Positions 10,321-24,157 of a stretch of DNA of 64,000 nt are shown here, piece after piece. A program made the position numbers and the translations under genes. The notes below the pieces were generated by a model, which was not told the origin of the DNA, ran no database searches, and saw only the letters and a list, made by a program, of their open reading frames with translations. The DNA is from Trichoplax sp. H2. Its lineage: Eukaryota. The stretch covers positions 1 through 64,000 of the forward strand of contig NOWV01000145.1 of the NCBI GenBank assembly GCA_003344405.1, read 5' to 3'. The first letter of the stretch is position 1. Every line of letters begins with the position of its first letter.

Positions 10321-13300
10321 TGCCAGCCAGAGCTATATTTTATTCCTGAAAGTATCGATCAATTAAGAGATGTAAGATGAATAATAATAAAGAAATAATG
10401 ATTACCCAGCAGATTTTAATATTTGTATAAACAGAATTTAGCCCTTATGGTAGATGGAACGACAACAGTTACAATGTACAGTACACTAGTTCCATTACTT
10501 ATCCTTTACCATGAATGATTTGAAATGTCGACTTTGAAATTTTTAAGCTACGAGATATCGACTCAAAATGTAGAGCGTGACTTGTATACCTATACGAATA
10601 GCAAATACTGTGTCAAGAGACGCATATCAATCACCGATACTACAGTATGATAGTCTTAGCGAGCAGTTTATTAATATTTAACAACATTGTCGTATCATTC
10701 AATTCGTTGTGCAACCTCAATATATAAGTTCTTGCACCCATGCCGGCAGATTTAAAATCAATAAGTCATAGTACAACACACAGCACATAAGCTATTGTAA
10801 AATCATAATCTCTTTTAGAATAATAATAGGATTTTGGTCTTAGAGATTGATTAAATCGACAGATTAACGTGTATTTACTATAGAAGGTTGCCGCCCTAGT
10901 TTAACATTTTCGACTTCAATGTACGCTGTAGTTATACCATACTATTAGCTAAGGCATGGCTACTATAGTTGTATAGCTAATAACTTATTAGGATACAAAA
11001 TAGTCTTCAATTTTTGAATATCATGAACAGTTATTAGAAGATTTACAGATCGAATGAAATCTCTAAAATCATACTATTTTCTGTGAAATATTAGGTTATC
11101 AAGTTGGCTACAATTCATAAGAAAGTCGTTAGAGTAGTCGGCTGCGGCCATTCTCCGTCGGACATTACGTGCACGTCGGATTACATGATCAGTATGGAAA
11201 AATTATCCGGTATTCTTGAAGTAAGCCATTAGTAGAATCATTGTTTAGGCATGATATTTTAAGATACTGTGAAAAATTCCTATTTATTATCTATTGGTCA
11301 ACTTTTGTTTGGCTTATAGGTTGATGTGGATCGTAATCAAATAAAAGTACAAGGTGGTGTCAAGATTGAGCGGCTACATAAAGTCCTAGAAGAGTATGGC
11401 CTTGCTATTAGCAAGTTAGTATCTGTAAATTTGTAATTAACAAATAAAACTAACTGCGCTTAGACATTTGAATTCGTATCTTGTAATTAATCGGTAACTT
11501 GTAAGCTTATAGATATGGGTCGCTTTCATTAATCATTTGTAGCTAGTATAAGTAAGATGCATCTATTATCCTCACGAAATTTTTGTAATTGCTTAATTAG
11601 CATTTACAGTAATGTACAGTAGGTAGTTAACATTGGATGGTAGATATGTTTTATGTAATGATTCAGTTAAGGCTGAAGCACTTGTAGGAGATCTAAAAAT
11701 ATATGCTATTTAAACGCTGTATGATAAATTATATTAATTGGTGATGGCTACCGTAGATTGTTAAGGTTATTTCAGAATACAATGGATCGATAGTTATTAA
11801 GTTGTTTTTGACATTATAAGCAACTCTACGAGGCCTATAAAAAGCAATTCTAGTTTGGAAAATAGAGTTTGAGAAGAAATTATTTATAGAAGATTGTTCT
11901 AAAGACCTCTCTTGTTGATTTATTTATTCGTTAGATAATTCTCTTTTTTCTGTAACATTATTAGGATGTCTTAGCAATGTCTCAGAATTGCTTAATTAGC
12001 TTTTATTGTAAAAGTCTTGTTTAGTGATATTTTTTTCCTATTTGAATAGCATCGGTTCGGTATCCGATATCACTCTATCGGGAGCAATTGCTACTGGTAC
12101 TCACGCAACAGGTGTCGACTTTGGCATGCTTGCTACCAATGTAGGATTGCATGGATATAGAATAGAAATTACTGTACTTTACAATGTACTGTACATATGT
12201 CACGAAATTGACATTGCAATTCATAGTTTTATACTGTTTCATACTAGGTCTTAGAGATTGAATTATTGCTAGCCAATGGGGAGCTCATGGTATGTTCTCG
12301 ACATCAAAACAAGGAAATTTTTTTGTGTGCTTTATGCAATCTTGGTGCACTTGGTGTTGTTGTTTCAATCAAATTACAGTGTGAAAAGAGTTTCAAATTA
12401 GAGCAGCAACAATCTTCCTGTACTCTTGACGAGGTATTCGGAAGTGATATAGTTCATTATCTTTCAGAAGTAATACTATGTATTGACCACCAGTTACTAT
12501 TACAGGTATTAGATAATTTGGAAAATGAAGTACGCTCATGCGAACACTTTCGTTTTGGTTGGTTTCCACATACTAATGATGCAGTTGTATGGAAATGTAA
12601 CAGAATCACCAAGGTAATGTAATAGTTTTGTATCAACACGAGTTAGAGTGTAGTTCGTGATCAATCTGATAGTTAAGCAGATTATTACAATTTTATTATA
12701 TCCCATTAATAGTAACAAATACTAAATTCACTACTTTCGTTACTTTCTCTTTAATTTACCTAGCCCAAAGTCGATAGTTACAATTGGTTTTGGGATAGCA
12801 TTGTAGGTTATCATTCTCTTCAGTTCTTGTACTGGTTGAGGTAAATCATTAAAATCATTGAAGGAGACTATATGTAAATTTATGATAATTATATTAGTTA
12901 CAACTTATATTTGATATATATAAATATATATATTTATATATTTTTATTTATATCGTACTGACTTAACGGATGACTTTATAGAGACGCAAGCCTGAATATG
13001 TTTTATTCTATCTCCTGTGATTGTAGCTCCTACTTTGATAGTCTTATCCCATGGATAAATAGAACGTTCTTTGGATTGTTGTTCCGTAAACCAAAGTATC
13101 GTGTCGATGATAGCTATAAGGTTAAGGCTGCAGTAATATTTCACGATTTTAATAGCAAAACTTTTTAATGTAACTACCTTTCACTTTAAGATTGTTCGCA
13201 ACTGTAATAACCATACTAATTAGGGGCTTGTATATATTGTTAATGCGTTCTAGGTATTCAACTTTGAATGCTTGTTTAAGCAATACGTCACGGAATGGGC

Positions 13301-14269
13301 CATACCTAGGTAATCATTATATAATTATTAACATTTAGCCGTATTTGATAACTATTATAACCAAAAATTACAACCAAGACATAATTAAAATTCCTTTAGT
13401 GCTATGTGATAAAGTTTTTAGTTACATGTTAGAAATATATATACTTTAGTGTGTTAACGTTAGTATTTCGTGTAAGTTACAGATTAAAGGGTTATTTATT
13501 TTTTATTATTATATGGAAATTACAGGGAAAACACTGGCATAGTGCTAAGGCAGTTGCGAGATTGGCTGAACACAAATAACTTTTATGCTCATTACCCTGG
13601 TAATGGATAGTTGTAATTACATTGAATATGGAGAGTATTACAGAGCATTATTTTAATTAAAATTTTAATTTTTTAATTTCACGTTAGTTGAAGTACGATT
13701 TGTTAAAAGAGATGATGTTTACCTTAGCCAAAATTATGAACGTGATACATGCCACATCAACATCGTTATGTATAGGTATAGTAAAGAGTCTGTAAAGAAC
13801 GATATCTTTATTGTAATAGCGTCTATTTAAAGTTACTCTTGTTTTAAAATACTCAAACTTCTCAAAAAGACCTTATGGAAAATTCATTCCTCATGACCGC
13901 TATTGGAAGGCATACGAAGAAATAATGCTTGCTGCTAAAGGAAAACCCCACTGGGCTAAGGTTGGGCATAAGTAATATACAGTAATACGTACACGCCGCA
14001 TATTTAAACGCTGCTTAGCTTTTTTATTTAAACGATTAGATATTAAAGAATTTTAAAAATTCGGTTATACTACATTATCTTAACTTATGTAATGCAATAA
14101 CACTAATTGAAGCTACGTTTATTAGGCGCATAGTCTGACGTATAAAGAATTGTCGCAGATGTATCCTCAATATGATAAGTTTTGCAAAATCCGCGATGAA
14201 CTTGATCCCAATCGGATATTTATTAATCGTTATTTGACCCAAGTTCTCTTTGAAGGCCGGGAAGAGTAA
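10264..14269 (+). CDS. GULO: L-gulonolactone oxidase (FAD-linked), multi-exon; the start-codon exon was not resolved
   Basis: Exons encode FSNWAKTYQCQPE (10264-10371), VVGCGHSPSD (FAD-binding His), GAIATGTHATG, HFRFGWFPHT, NWFWDSIVG, FECLFKQYVTEWAIP, HYPVEVRF, RPYGK, GKPHWAK and DELDPNRIFINRYL..EGREE stop at 14269. Confidence 0.92.
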
Positions 14270-15258
14270 ATTACAAGTTTTGCAGCAGCATTTTTAAAGA
14301 AATGACGTACATTCTTTCAACAAATTGATAGTATCAGCATGACCATTGTATACTGTAAATTACTTATTTGGTCGTATATTAATAGAGTTTACTAGATTAT
14401 TTAAAGCTTTAGGATGGGATTTATTTACTATCACTACGGATTTATAATGTACGCGTACGGGTATTATATTAATGATTGCTTTCTTCTTCTTTACGTATAT
14501 CGGCTTATACTAATTAATGTAGCAAAAACATTTTCATCTTCCTAAGGTCCATTGCTCTCATCATAGGCATTTATGAATAAGACTCTGTATTCCTTGTTAT
14601 TTGAATTAAAATAATTGTGTTAGAATTTTTATTATCAGCTTTATGATAAATTACCTTTTGGGCTTGTTTTTATAGTTAGATTTTATACTAATGATATTAC
14701 TAGATAACAACTTGATAATCCATATAGATTAAGAGAACCCAAGGACATAACCAATTTACTGTAAAATATTTTACTTTGTCATTTCAAAAATAGATAGTTA
14801 CTACATTAAGTCATAGAAGCTACATCACCTTAAAATATGCTATATACCCCTTTATATTTATATTACAATCACTATACAGTACGTAAATCGTTGCTAATTT
14901 GGATTAGATAGTTGCAAGCCGAAATATTATAATTATACTATACATTAAACCCAATAACAATCATTTAGCAAAGAAGCGATAATTTCAACGTATACCATGT
15001 GCATCAGAAGTAATGAAAAATAAAAAATTGAGCTCAATCAATGGTGTATATAACTAAATATATAATACAGAATAGTAAGAATGGAGTCAAGGTTATAGTA
15101 TCTCATTGATCACCCAACAAGTATAAATATTTTGGCGAATTAGTGTTGATTGACGCTCTTTGTCCAATTAATTTTAGATTAGAATGTGTTCCAATAAGAA
15201 AGTGAGACGTCAATTCTCTTCATCAAATGATGTATCATCAATTTGAAAGTATTTTACT

Positions 15259-17191
15259 TTATTCTAGTACATCATCAAACGATAGTTTCCTGACAGATGC
15301 GTCCATTATATGGCCAGTATCGCGAGACTTTAATTCGCCTTGCAAATATGGGCTATTACTTGGAATAGGAGATATATCAATACAAAGCATTTCCGCTTTT
15401 ATCATTGATGATCGAGCTGGAGTTGAAGAGAATTGACTGCAGTCTGATGTATAGCTTGATTCCTTTGAAAGAGAAAATCGACATAAAATTTACAACTTAT
15501 TCGTGCTAACATTGGGACTACTATGTGTACACACATTTAGTAGAGGTAGAGTTAAATAAAAAACTTACCTGAGAAGATAATGCCAATTCACCCAAAGACA
15601 TGGGACCGATAGTACTATTATCAATACTAGCATAAGGTAGAAAAACGTTTATTATACCATTGTCCGTCATTAATATGGTTTAGAAGAGCAATTTACTGGC
15701 TGACTTAGTTCATACCTCTCACTACGACAGCTAGTATTAAGACTCATCCTCTCACACCCTACTAATGGTGATTTAGTGAAGGAATTTTGATATTGACACA
15801 TACTAGTAGCATTTCCTTGAAGAAATAACTTCTTACGTAGTGATGACAATAATATATCTTTATAAGCTTTCTGGCTAGTGGAATTTTGACAACCTATGTG
15901 TGCAAATGAAGATACAGTCTTTATTTTTGCTCTAATTAAGAAATATAACATGATCTTATTATTAGCAAGAGGATTTTCCTCATGTCCTATAATGCAATAC
16001 TCACTCTCAGGCGTAACAAACAATGCTGTAGAATTAACCGGCATAAAAGGCGATTTTGCTGAACTTTGGCTCTTAGTATGTGAATTCTCTAAAGAAATTG
16101 GATAACGTGGCAATATTGTTAACACTACTGAATGATTCATGTTGGCTATGATTACTTTTAAGACTCATATTATTCAAGAAAAAGTATTTATTGTATCGTC
16201 GAAAACTGTCAGCTAGAATGACAAACATTGAACACCATACAGTACTGCAGCCTCTATAACATTTTAGCTCTAAGTTCGTATTTTATATTCAATAGTGACA
16301 GTCACGAAGATTACTGTCAATAAGAAATGGAAGCTTTCATTTAAAGCACAATCCTTACTTGATTCTTTGTTTACCCAAGGTGACGGAGCAATTAGATTTT
16401 GACTAAAAAACTATAAAATAAATTCAACAGTGATTAGACTGGCTAGAAGTGTATTGGCATTTTAACTATGTTACGATTTCTTTTAATCGCAATCATATAC
16501 TTGAAAAGTTTTCAATTATAGCATGAAAGATGATTGAAAAATGGCAGATGGTTGTATCTAATTTTTTTTATTCATTTTCTTACACTTTCTATCGCATTTT
16601 GGGATTCTTCTTCTTGTTCTTTAGACAATCTGGAAGAGAAGAGCAAAATTAATGATTTCTATCAACAGTACTCTGTGACGCCTATCAATTATTCTTATCT
16701 ACTTACAAAACTGTTGAATCTTGGTCTGTTTGCTCATCAATATCTGCGGGATTCTATATACCATTTAAAATTTTTGATTACTGTCACGCTTTCACATATT
16801 ATGTAGATGGAAAGAATCAAGATTGATTATACGATCATCCTATTTGCAGTGGACTTACCATTACTGCAATTTGATCAATACTCCATCGAAATGTTTTAGT
16901 CTATCCAAAAAAAAAAAAAATGAATACACATTAAATCAAATCCACTATTGATGGAAGAGAATAAATGAATCCAAACTGCGAGTGTTATTATTATTATTAT
17001 TGGAGACAGTTGACAGTTCTGCGGCATTTATCGTTGAAGGACGCATTAACATTCGGACAAACCTTTGGCTTGTTTGGTGTGGATAATTTTTTCATCAAAG
17101 ATGGGCTAAAATCTGGAAAATTGATACGGTTATTATTGCACCAAGGCTCGAAAGGATTATAGGAGCACTGCAATGAAGACATGGTGTCCAT
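15259..17191 (-). CDS. BORA: Protein aurora borealis (Aurora-A/PLK1 activator), multi-exon; 5' end uncertain
   Basis: Exons encode NPFEP..FSPSL..STP (~17062-17191), FRWSIDQIAVM (~16859-16900), NPADID, EESQNAIES, FFSQNLIAPSPW (~16358-16411), SSLRKKLFLQGN and QFSSTP, which are characteristic Bora motifs. Stop TAA at 15259-15261. A short intron near 15627-15715 is inferred. Confidence 0.85.
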
Positions 17192-17432
17192 CGGCGGAGT
17201 GGATGAAGGTCGATTTACTTTCTAATTCTTACCAATGACTGCTTTCACGCAATCTTGTTCCTAAAACATCTATTGATTATACGTTGACTTCTTGTACTTG
17301 CTGATGATGATAGATAGTTTTACTAGGAATGCAAATTGCAGTAGGTAAAACTGTTTATTAATAAGGAATAGACCATCGGCGTCATTCATTAGCCACTAGG
17401 ATTTCTTTCCCATTTTTTGTTGTGCAACAAAA

Positions 17433-17577
17433 TTTGAAAGCAGCCAATGAATGACATGAATGAGACTGAGTCTGCGTTGAAGAAGTCGCTGGTAGGTCCG
17501 CTTGACATCACGTGGTTGATCAACCGTGATGATAATACTCGACGACTGTACTGAATTCAGTCTATCGTGCGCATGCG
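17433..17577. promoter_or_regulatory. Candidate BORA promoter motifs: CHR-like TTTGAA (17433), CCAAT (17444), E-box CACGTG (17509), NRF1-like TGCGCATGCG (17568)
   Basis: Motifs seen directly within ~150 bp, just 5' of the BORA coding region; function inferred from mammalian consensus sequences. Confidence 0.45.
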
Positions 17578-18444
17578 TTAGTCGTATTGAGTTGTTACAG
17601 TATATTGTACACTGTGCACTCATACTGTACTGTACTACAGTAGTATCGATCTACAGTACTGTATGGAACCGTTTGGAAGGCAACTTTAGAGGGCCAAAAT
17701 GGAATTAATTAACTTGATAAACAAATGAAGTGATTTTCTTCTTGATACAACTAGAATAATGTATCATCGTTTAAGCTCTTTACGCTGAGTATCGGAGTCA
17801 TCGGGGTTATTATGGCTGGGCCTAGTGTACACTGTACAGTAAAGCGTGCGATGAGAATGTTAAATGATGTTGAAATGGTATCATATTGTACTTCTTTTGT
17901 ATGAGTCAGTATGACTAAGATGGAGAACTTTTGTAAAAGAAAGTGGCGGGTTCTACTACACTACTGTACAAGTGTACATTGTGCAGTGTGTCATGTACGA
18001 CGGTACAGTGTGATTTCTTCGATATATATATGGATTTAAATAGTAATCAAGCATAAGTAAAACGCTTCAAAAAGACCAATGGTTGTGAACCTTCCTAAAC
18101 AGATAGGTCTCATATACCTATTAAAAGCATGCATTTGCGATCAATTATAATGATATATAAATGACAGGTCTATCAAATGGTAATACTATCTGTTAAATGA
18201 GCACATTATCGTAAACCGTCAGCAAAGCGACGGGAGTTTGCACTAGTGTATAATGAAACACGTACAGTAGGTTTGAAAATACAAAATTGTGCTGTTTATT
18301 GAAAGAATGTACCACTCAACCGAGCAAAATACCAGTTGAAATAGTTGCGAATTGAACATACTTGTACAATTGCGCATGCATTAAACTAACACACAAGTCG
18401 TCCTTGGACTTAATTAGTAAACGAAAGCCATGCTGCCATTAGCA

Positions 18445-18750
18445 TACAGTACAGTATGGAGTACAGTATACACTGTACACTGTACTGTACTGTACTGTAC
18501 GATATCACGTGGGTGAGTCTCCACTACAGTGTACAATGTACAGTACTACGCTACAGTATAATGTACTCAGTACATTGTACAGTACTGTACAGTACTATAC
18601 GATATCACGTGGGTGAGTCTCTACTACAGTGTACAGTGTACCGTACTGCACTACAGTATAATACACTCAGTACATTGTACTGTATGATGTCACGTGAGTG
18701 AGTCTCTACTACAGTGTACAGTGTACAGTACTGCGCTACATTGTACTGCA
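18445..18750. repeat. TACWG-rich tandem repeat (3 units, 100 and 85 bp spacing), each unit carrying CACGTG
   Basis: gatatcacgtgggtgagtct at 18501 and 18601, and gatgtcacgtgagtgagtct at ~18686, embedded in tacag/tactg sequence. Confidence 0.88.
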
Positions 18751-18805
18751 TACGAAACCGCTTGACGCTTGCTGTCATCTGCTTTTCACATCTAGGAGCC
18801 AAAAA

Positions 18806-21017
18806 ATGTCGATGCCAGAGATAAGTCGCAAGAAAGAAATCTACAAATACGAAGCTCCATGGAATCTTTACAGCATGAATTGGAGCATTCGTCCTGATAA
18901 AGGTTTCCGTCTAGCTTTTGGTAGCTTTATTGAAGAATATAATAATAAGGTATGCCATAAAACATGTTGTTGATGCATGGCTAAAACAACCGATCCAATT
19001 GATCAGCCGTCATCATCCGCTTCAATGACAGTAGACTAAGACGATATCACATGTTTAAGACACTCGATAGCAGTCTACTACCGACACAACACAATAACAA
19101 GACAATATAGGCAAGAAGGAAAACTATGGCTGGGGATGCTCTTTCATTCCATTTGTTTCTTTTTAGTCAGCACTCAGTCACACAGTGTCGACAAACTTTT
19201 CTTTCACTTAAACTATAAAAATTCATCATGAAAATTAGTTTTGTCCTTAATTTATCCAACATAGCTCATCGTTCTTGACTCGATGTGTCTTGTTGATCAT
19301 CACTCTTCAACTTCTTTCTACAATGGAACTCGATCGATATAAACACTAGCGATCGACAAATTGAACTACTACAAATACACTTCAATTACTGCATTTTTTC
19401 TCCTAATTTGATGCTTACTATCATCGATTAGGTTCAAATTGTATCTCTCGACAATGATGACGCTGATTTTGTTGTCAGATCAACGTTCGATCATCCTTAT
19501 CCAACCACTAAATTAATGTGGATTCCAGATGGGGTAATTTATCTCCGCTGATATTGAATACTAATAAACTACATAGCTTGATTTCACAGATCAAATAGTT
19601 GCACAACATGGATTATTCCTGTTCTAACCTATGTTCAATCAATTTTCTATTTAAAGAAAGGGATATATCCTGATCTTTTGGCTACATCTGGTGATTATTT
19701 AAGATTGTGGAGAGTAGGCGATGAAGGAACAAAATTAGAATGCTTATTAAACAATGTAAGTTAAATAATATCCGAATTATTTATTTGGATACTTTAACTG
19801 ACTTTATTAACCAATATTTGATGTTTCTTGAACAAAGAGTATGAATTCCGATTTTTGCGCTCCGTTGACTTCCTTCGATTGGAATGAAATTGATCCAAAT
19901 ATCATCGGAACGTCAAGTATTGATACTACTTGTACGATATGGAATATAGAGGTACAGGCCACAAAATGGATTGTAGTATGGTTAGCGTGATTGAACCATT
20001 CAACCACAGTAGTACTCATTAATAGTCAATGATGGAATGCCATGCCAATTTTCTTTTACTAACCTTTTTATGTAATATATATATATATATATATATATGT
20101 TAGACTGGTCGAGCAATTAGTAGATCTACACCTGTTTCAGGACGTATTGCAACACAGCTGATTGCACATGATAACGAGGTAATTTCTTCCTATCGATAAA
20201 CATTGCAGTACCTAGCCATCCTATTTAGAAAAAAACTGACCAATACATTTATTCAAACAAGGTTTACGATATAGCATTTAGTAGAGCATCTGGTGGACGT
20301 GAAATTTTTGCCTCGGTTGGCGCCGATGGCTCAGTACGGATGTTCGATTTAAGGTAGTCTTTACTAACAAATTAATCGAATACGTGGTAGCTACGACATG
20401 ACCTAGACGATGTACTCTTACTTCTAAAACTGACTGAAAAACCTGATATTGTAGGCATTTGGAGCATTCAACAATCATCTATGAAGATCAAGCGCATGCT
20501 GCATTACTGAGGTTATGCTGGAATAAACAAGATGCCAATTATTTGGCGACATTCGCTCTCGATAATTGCGATGTACGTCTCTATATCCAGCTCTTAACTG
20601 TTCATCTGTTGTTACCCTTTAAAGAAAAAGTATTAATGCACATTGTATATTCTAGGTCATCATCCTTGATATTAGAGTGCCCTGTACGCCTGTTGCACGC
20701 TTAAGTAACCATCGAGCTTCAGTAAACGGTATCGCATGGGCACCCCATTCCTCATGTCATATATGTACCGCTGGTAAGATTGAATCTCATATAGATGATG
20801 ACTGTTAATTTTATAACTTAATCCATTCGATCTATTCTATTTAGCTGATGATAAGCAAGCTCTAATTTGGGATATTCAGAAAATGCCCAGAGCTATTGAA
20901 GATCCTATCTTAGCTTATACTGCAAAAGGCGAAATAAACCAAATTCAATGGTCGTCAACGCAACCTGATTGGATTGCAATTTGCTATTCAAACTGTCTAG
21001 AAATATTACGTGTCTAA
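18806..21017 (+). CDS. DCAF7: DDB1- and CUL4-associated factor 7 (WDR68/HAN11), WD40 protein, multi-exon
   Basis: [118 protein letters not shown] and final LEILRV stop at 21017. Confidence 0.96.
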
Positions 21018-21377
21018 AGTCAAGATAACACTATTTACTTATTAATCTTTAAAAATTTTATATAACGCCAACTTTTATTTAATTAAACATTTGTATATAG
21101 ATTTTTAACTCGACATTAAAACTGTAGCATGACCGAAATACACCTAATTCCTATGTTTGTCATCTTATAGCATATGATAACAATATTTGTAACCTATGGT
21201 ATACATACAGTAGTAAAGCGTCTCACCGCCTATGTACTATATATTATCTATTCTTTATTTGTATTTAAAAAGTGCTGTCGACATCACGGTAAAAAATACT
21301 ATTGATGTCATTTGAAATAGATCTATTTCAAGTCCGAAAAATATGGAACATGCATGATTAAGTTAATGAATAAATTG

Positions 21378-24157
21378 CTATTCGTTACTGGCTTCTTTGA
21401 TCCATTTTGCTATGTGCATTTTTTCAATTTTTCTGGCATGCTTGACCGTTGCAGGATCATCTTTATTTGCATGGCGAAGATCAAGATGATGCGCACCGCC
21501 TTCAATTACAATGGCAACTAGAGATTTAGAAAGTGATTTTAAGACACCACCACCAGACCAAGGATCTAGGTTACCATTACTAAATACGATGTTGCTGGCA
21601 GCTTTAATTCTCTTGCCACCGTACTATATTTATAAAATGAAGTTAGTATGATGATAGTATCAGCTTACTTACATCTCCATGTTGACGTTAGCTAGTAATA
21701 CTGCACATTCATGGAAATTACATAATTTACAATTCGAGCTTTACATTACCAAGGTTTGTGCCCAGAATGGTCTTGTTCTAACACCATACTGTTCTTTACA
21801 GATAGCAGCCATAGCTGTGAGGTTAAATGGTGTAGGTTCAAACATATCATGTACTCCGTCCATGCACACGGGTAAAACCATTTCTGTGCAAGACTAGAAT
21901 AGTTTTCACACTCTTAGTTCAGGATTATTTAACAAGTTACACTAGTACAATTATAATTCGTAAGTTGATAATAACACATTGATAGCAGAAGTAATGTAAT
22001 ATAGACAAATTTTGCGCAACTAACGTGAACGCTGATTAAGGTCAATATGAAATTACCTGAAAATTCCATCCTGCTATACCCAAGTGTGATGTCGCATCCT
22101 GATCTGTGTTAAAACATTTACTATTACCGGTATGATTGAAATAAACATTTAAACCTTTAGCAATTCCTCGTATTAACAGAGTGTCGTTAGCCAATGGTTT
22201 TTGTAGAGAAGCGCAAACAGCCTTAACTGGTTTAGCAGGTAATGGCTCCAGAAAATTAGCTGGGTAAGGATAATCGACTAGCAATACAAGAATAGAATGT
22301 TTAATTCCACAGATTCTTTGGTAGTACAGTACTGTACATTATCAATATTGTTACGGGATAATGTCGATCGACAAGTATTACTTTAATGTCTATTTTATCT
22401 TATTTTATTTACGAATGAGTTCGTGATAACTAGCTTTAATCCATGTATAATGTTGTAAATAGTGTAAAATAATACCAAGACTATAATCGATATTATATGA
22501 ACGGCCTGGAAATACAGTAACTGCAATCATAGAATTAAATTGTATATTATTGTAAGTATCACTGGTACGCACTGCAGCTTTGCAATTATCACTTACCTTC
22601 AGCAAGGTTAACCCAGATACTTGATAGCCAATTAACTAGTGCGTCTACATCAGATGGACTCTTTAACGGGTTACAAAGTTTTAAAGTAGTGGAGAGAGTA
22701 TGTCTTCCACTTTTGGTTGATCCTAATTTTCTAATTACCTTCCAGGAATTTCTGATATTCTTTGGACACTCTGGATAAGCTAATTTGAATGTATTTGTTA
22801 CTATGCTAGAGAATCGATCGCAAGGAGTTAACCCTTCTAATTGCCAAATTGGAGCTGAAGCGGCTATAGCACCATCAACAATATTGGGATATTTTATTCT
22901 TAGCCATGCAGTTAGCATGCCTCCATAAGAGCCACCAAAAGCTATTACTGAGCTATTTTGGGTACCATGAGTTTCCGCTTTGAAGTCAACGATAAATTGA
23001 GCGAAATCAGCAAGTGCTTGTTCCGAGCTGAGATAGGCTAGATGTTCTTTATCCTTAAAGGAATCCCTAAATGCGTACAGGGACAAGGTGATATTACACA
23101 ATTATCGTTGCTGTTAAGTTGGTTTATAATATCAGTGACTATAATAATATGATTAAAATTCAATGAATAATAATGATTTTTTTTCCGCCTCTTGTAAATT
23201 AATTACATACGGTACAGATATATCATTATGTCGGTGCGGGTGGCAGCAAATTACAAGTTTTCATAGTTCATTACAGTATATAAACTATTGTATGTGGTAA
23301 TCTCGGATTGATAGATCAGCATGTGCTCTGGTTATAGGTGGCTAAGCTTGACTACAACGATGGTTTATAAAATAGTTTCACTAGTGTACGTCAAGAGTTT
23401 ACTGTTTAACGTCTAGTTGCAATAAACAAGTGCATCTATCATTTAGTAGATACTGTATACCGAATGGTTTACTGAACATGGGCTTTAATGATACAGGGAG
23501 TTTCTGTAAAAGTTCTTCAATCATGCTACTGCTGGCTTAAAAGCTGTCGAATGATGTCTGTCATATAACTAGTTGATAGAGTATTGATAGAGGTATAATA
23601 ATCATGATTACGTTTACCTAAATAAACTACTAAGGCTTAACTTATTGTAGCCGTAAGACCATTTTATGAAATGGAACGATAGCTGTAGGTATAAGTGAAC
23701 AGGTAACGGTCAAATTTGAACAGGCAGTATATGTGTACAATCCATGAGAGCATTGCAAACTAGAGCTATTTGATTTGTGAAAAAGCTTTACATACTTTCC
23801 GAAAGGCAAAGTTTTTCCGTAGTAGCGATGCTCAACAAATATCAGCATGGCGTTAAATTCTGGAGCAATATCCCACATGAAACCCGTGTTTTTAGCAAAC
23901 CAGGTAATATCCCCTTCGTTGCCAGTATAGAAGAAGATGGGTGAGCCTTTTTTCCAATATTTTTGTGAGATTAAATACCTCTGCTGGAATTTTCTATCGT
24001 CTGCTGGGCTAAAATGATCTAATCGTTGTTTGAAATATTTGGTTTGATATTTGACATTACTTTGGAAAGAATCGCTGGGCCAAGCTAAAGCGTGCCATCT
24101 TATCATCATCACCATGATGACAGCTAATAACATTCCTCCTCTTCTTAAAGTAATCAT
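21378..24157 (-). CDS. PRCP: Lysosomal Pro-X carboxypeptidase (peptidase S28), multi-exon
   Basis: Hydrophobic N-terminus, QRLDHF, FYTGNEG, EHRYYG, catalytic GGSYGG, VDYPYPANFL, CTEMVLP, FSNGNLDPW and GGAHHLDLR; stop TAG at 21378-21380. Confidence 0.93.

Noticed and set aside
18456-18802. ORFs 18456-18701 (+) and 18605-18802 (-)
   Set aside because: Repeat-derived; the real DCAF7 start is ATG 18806.
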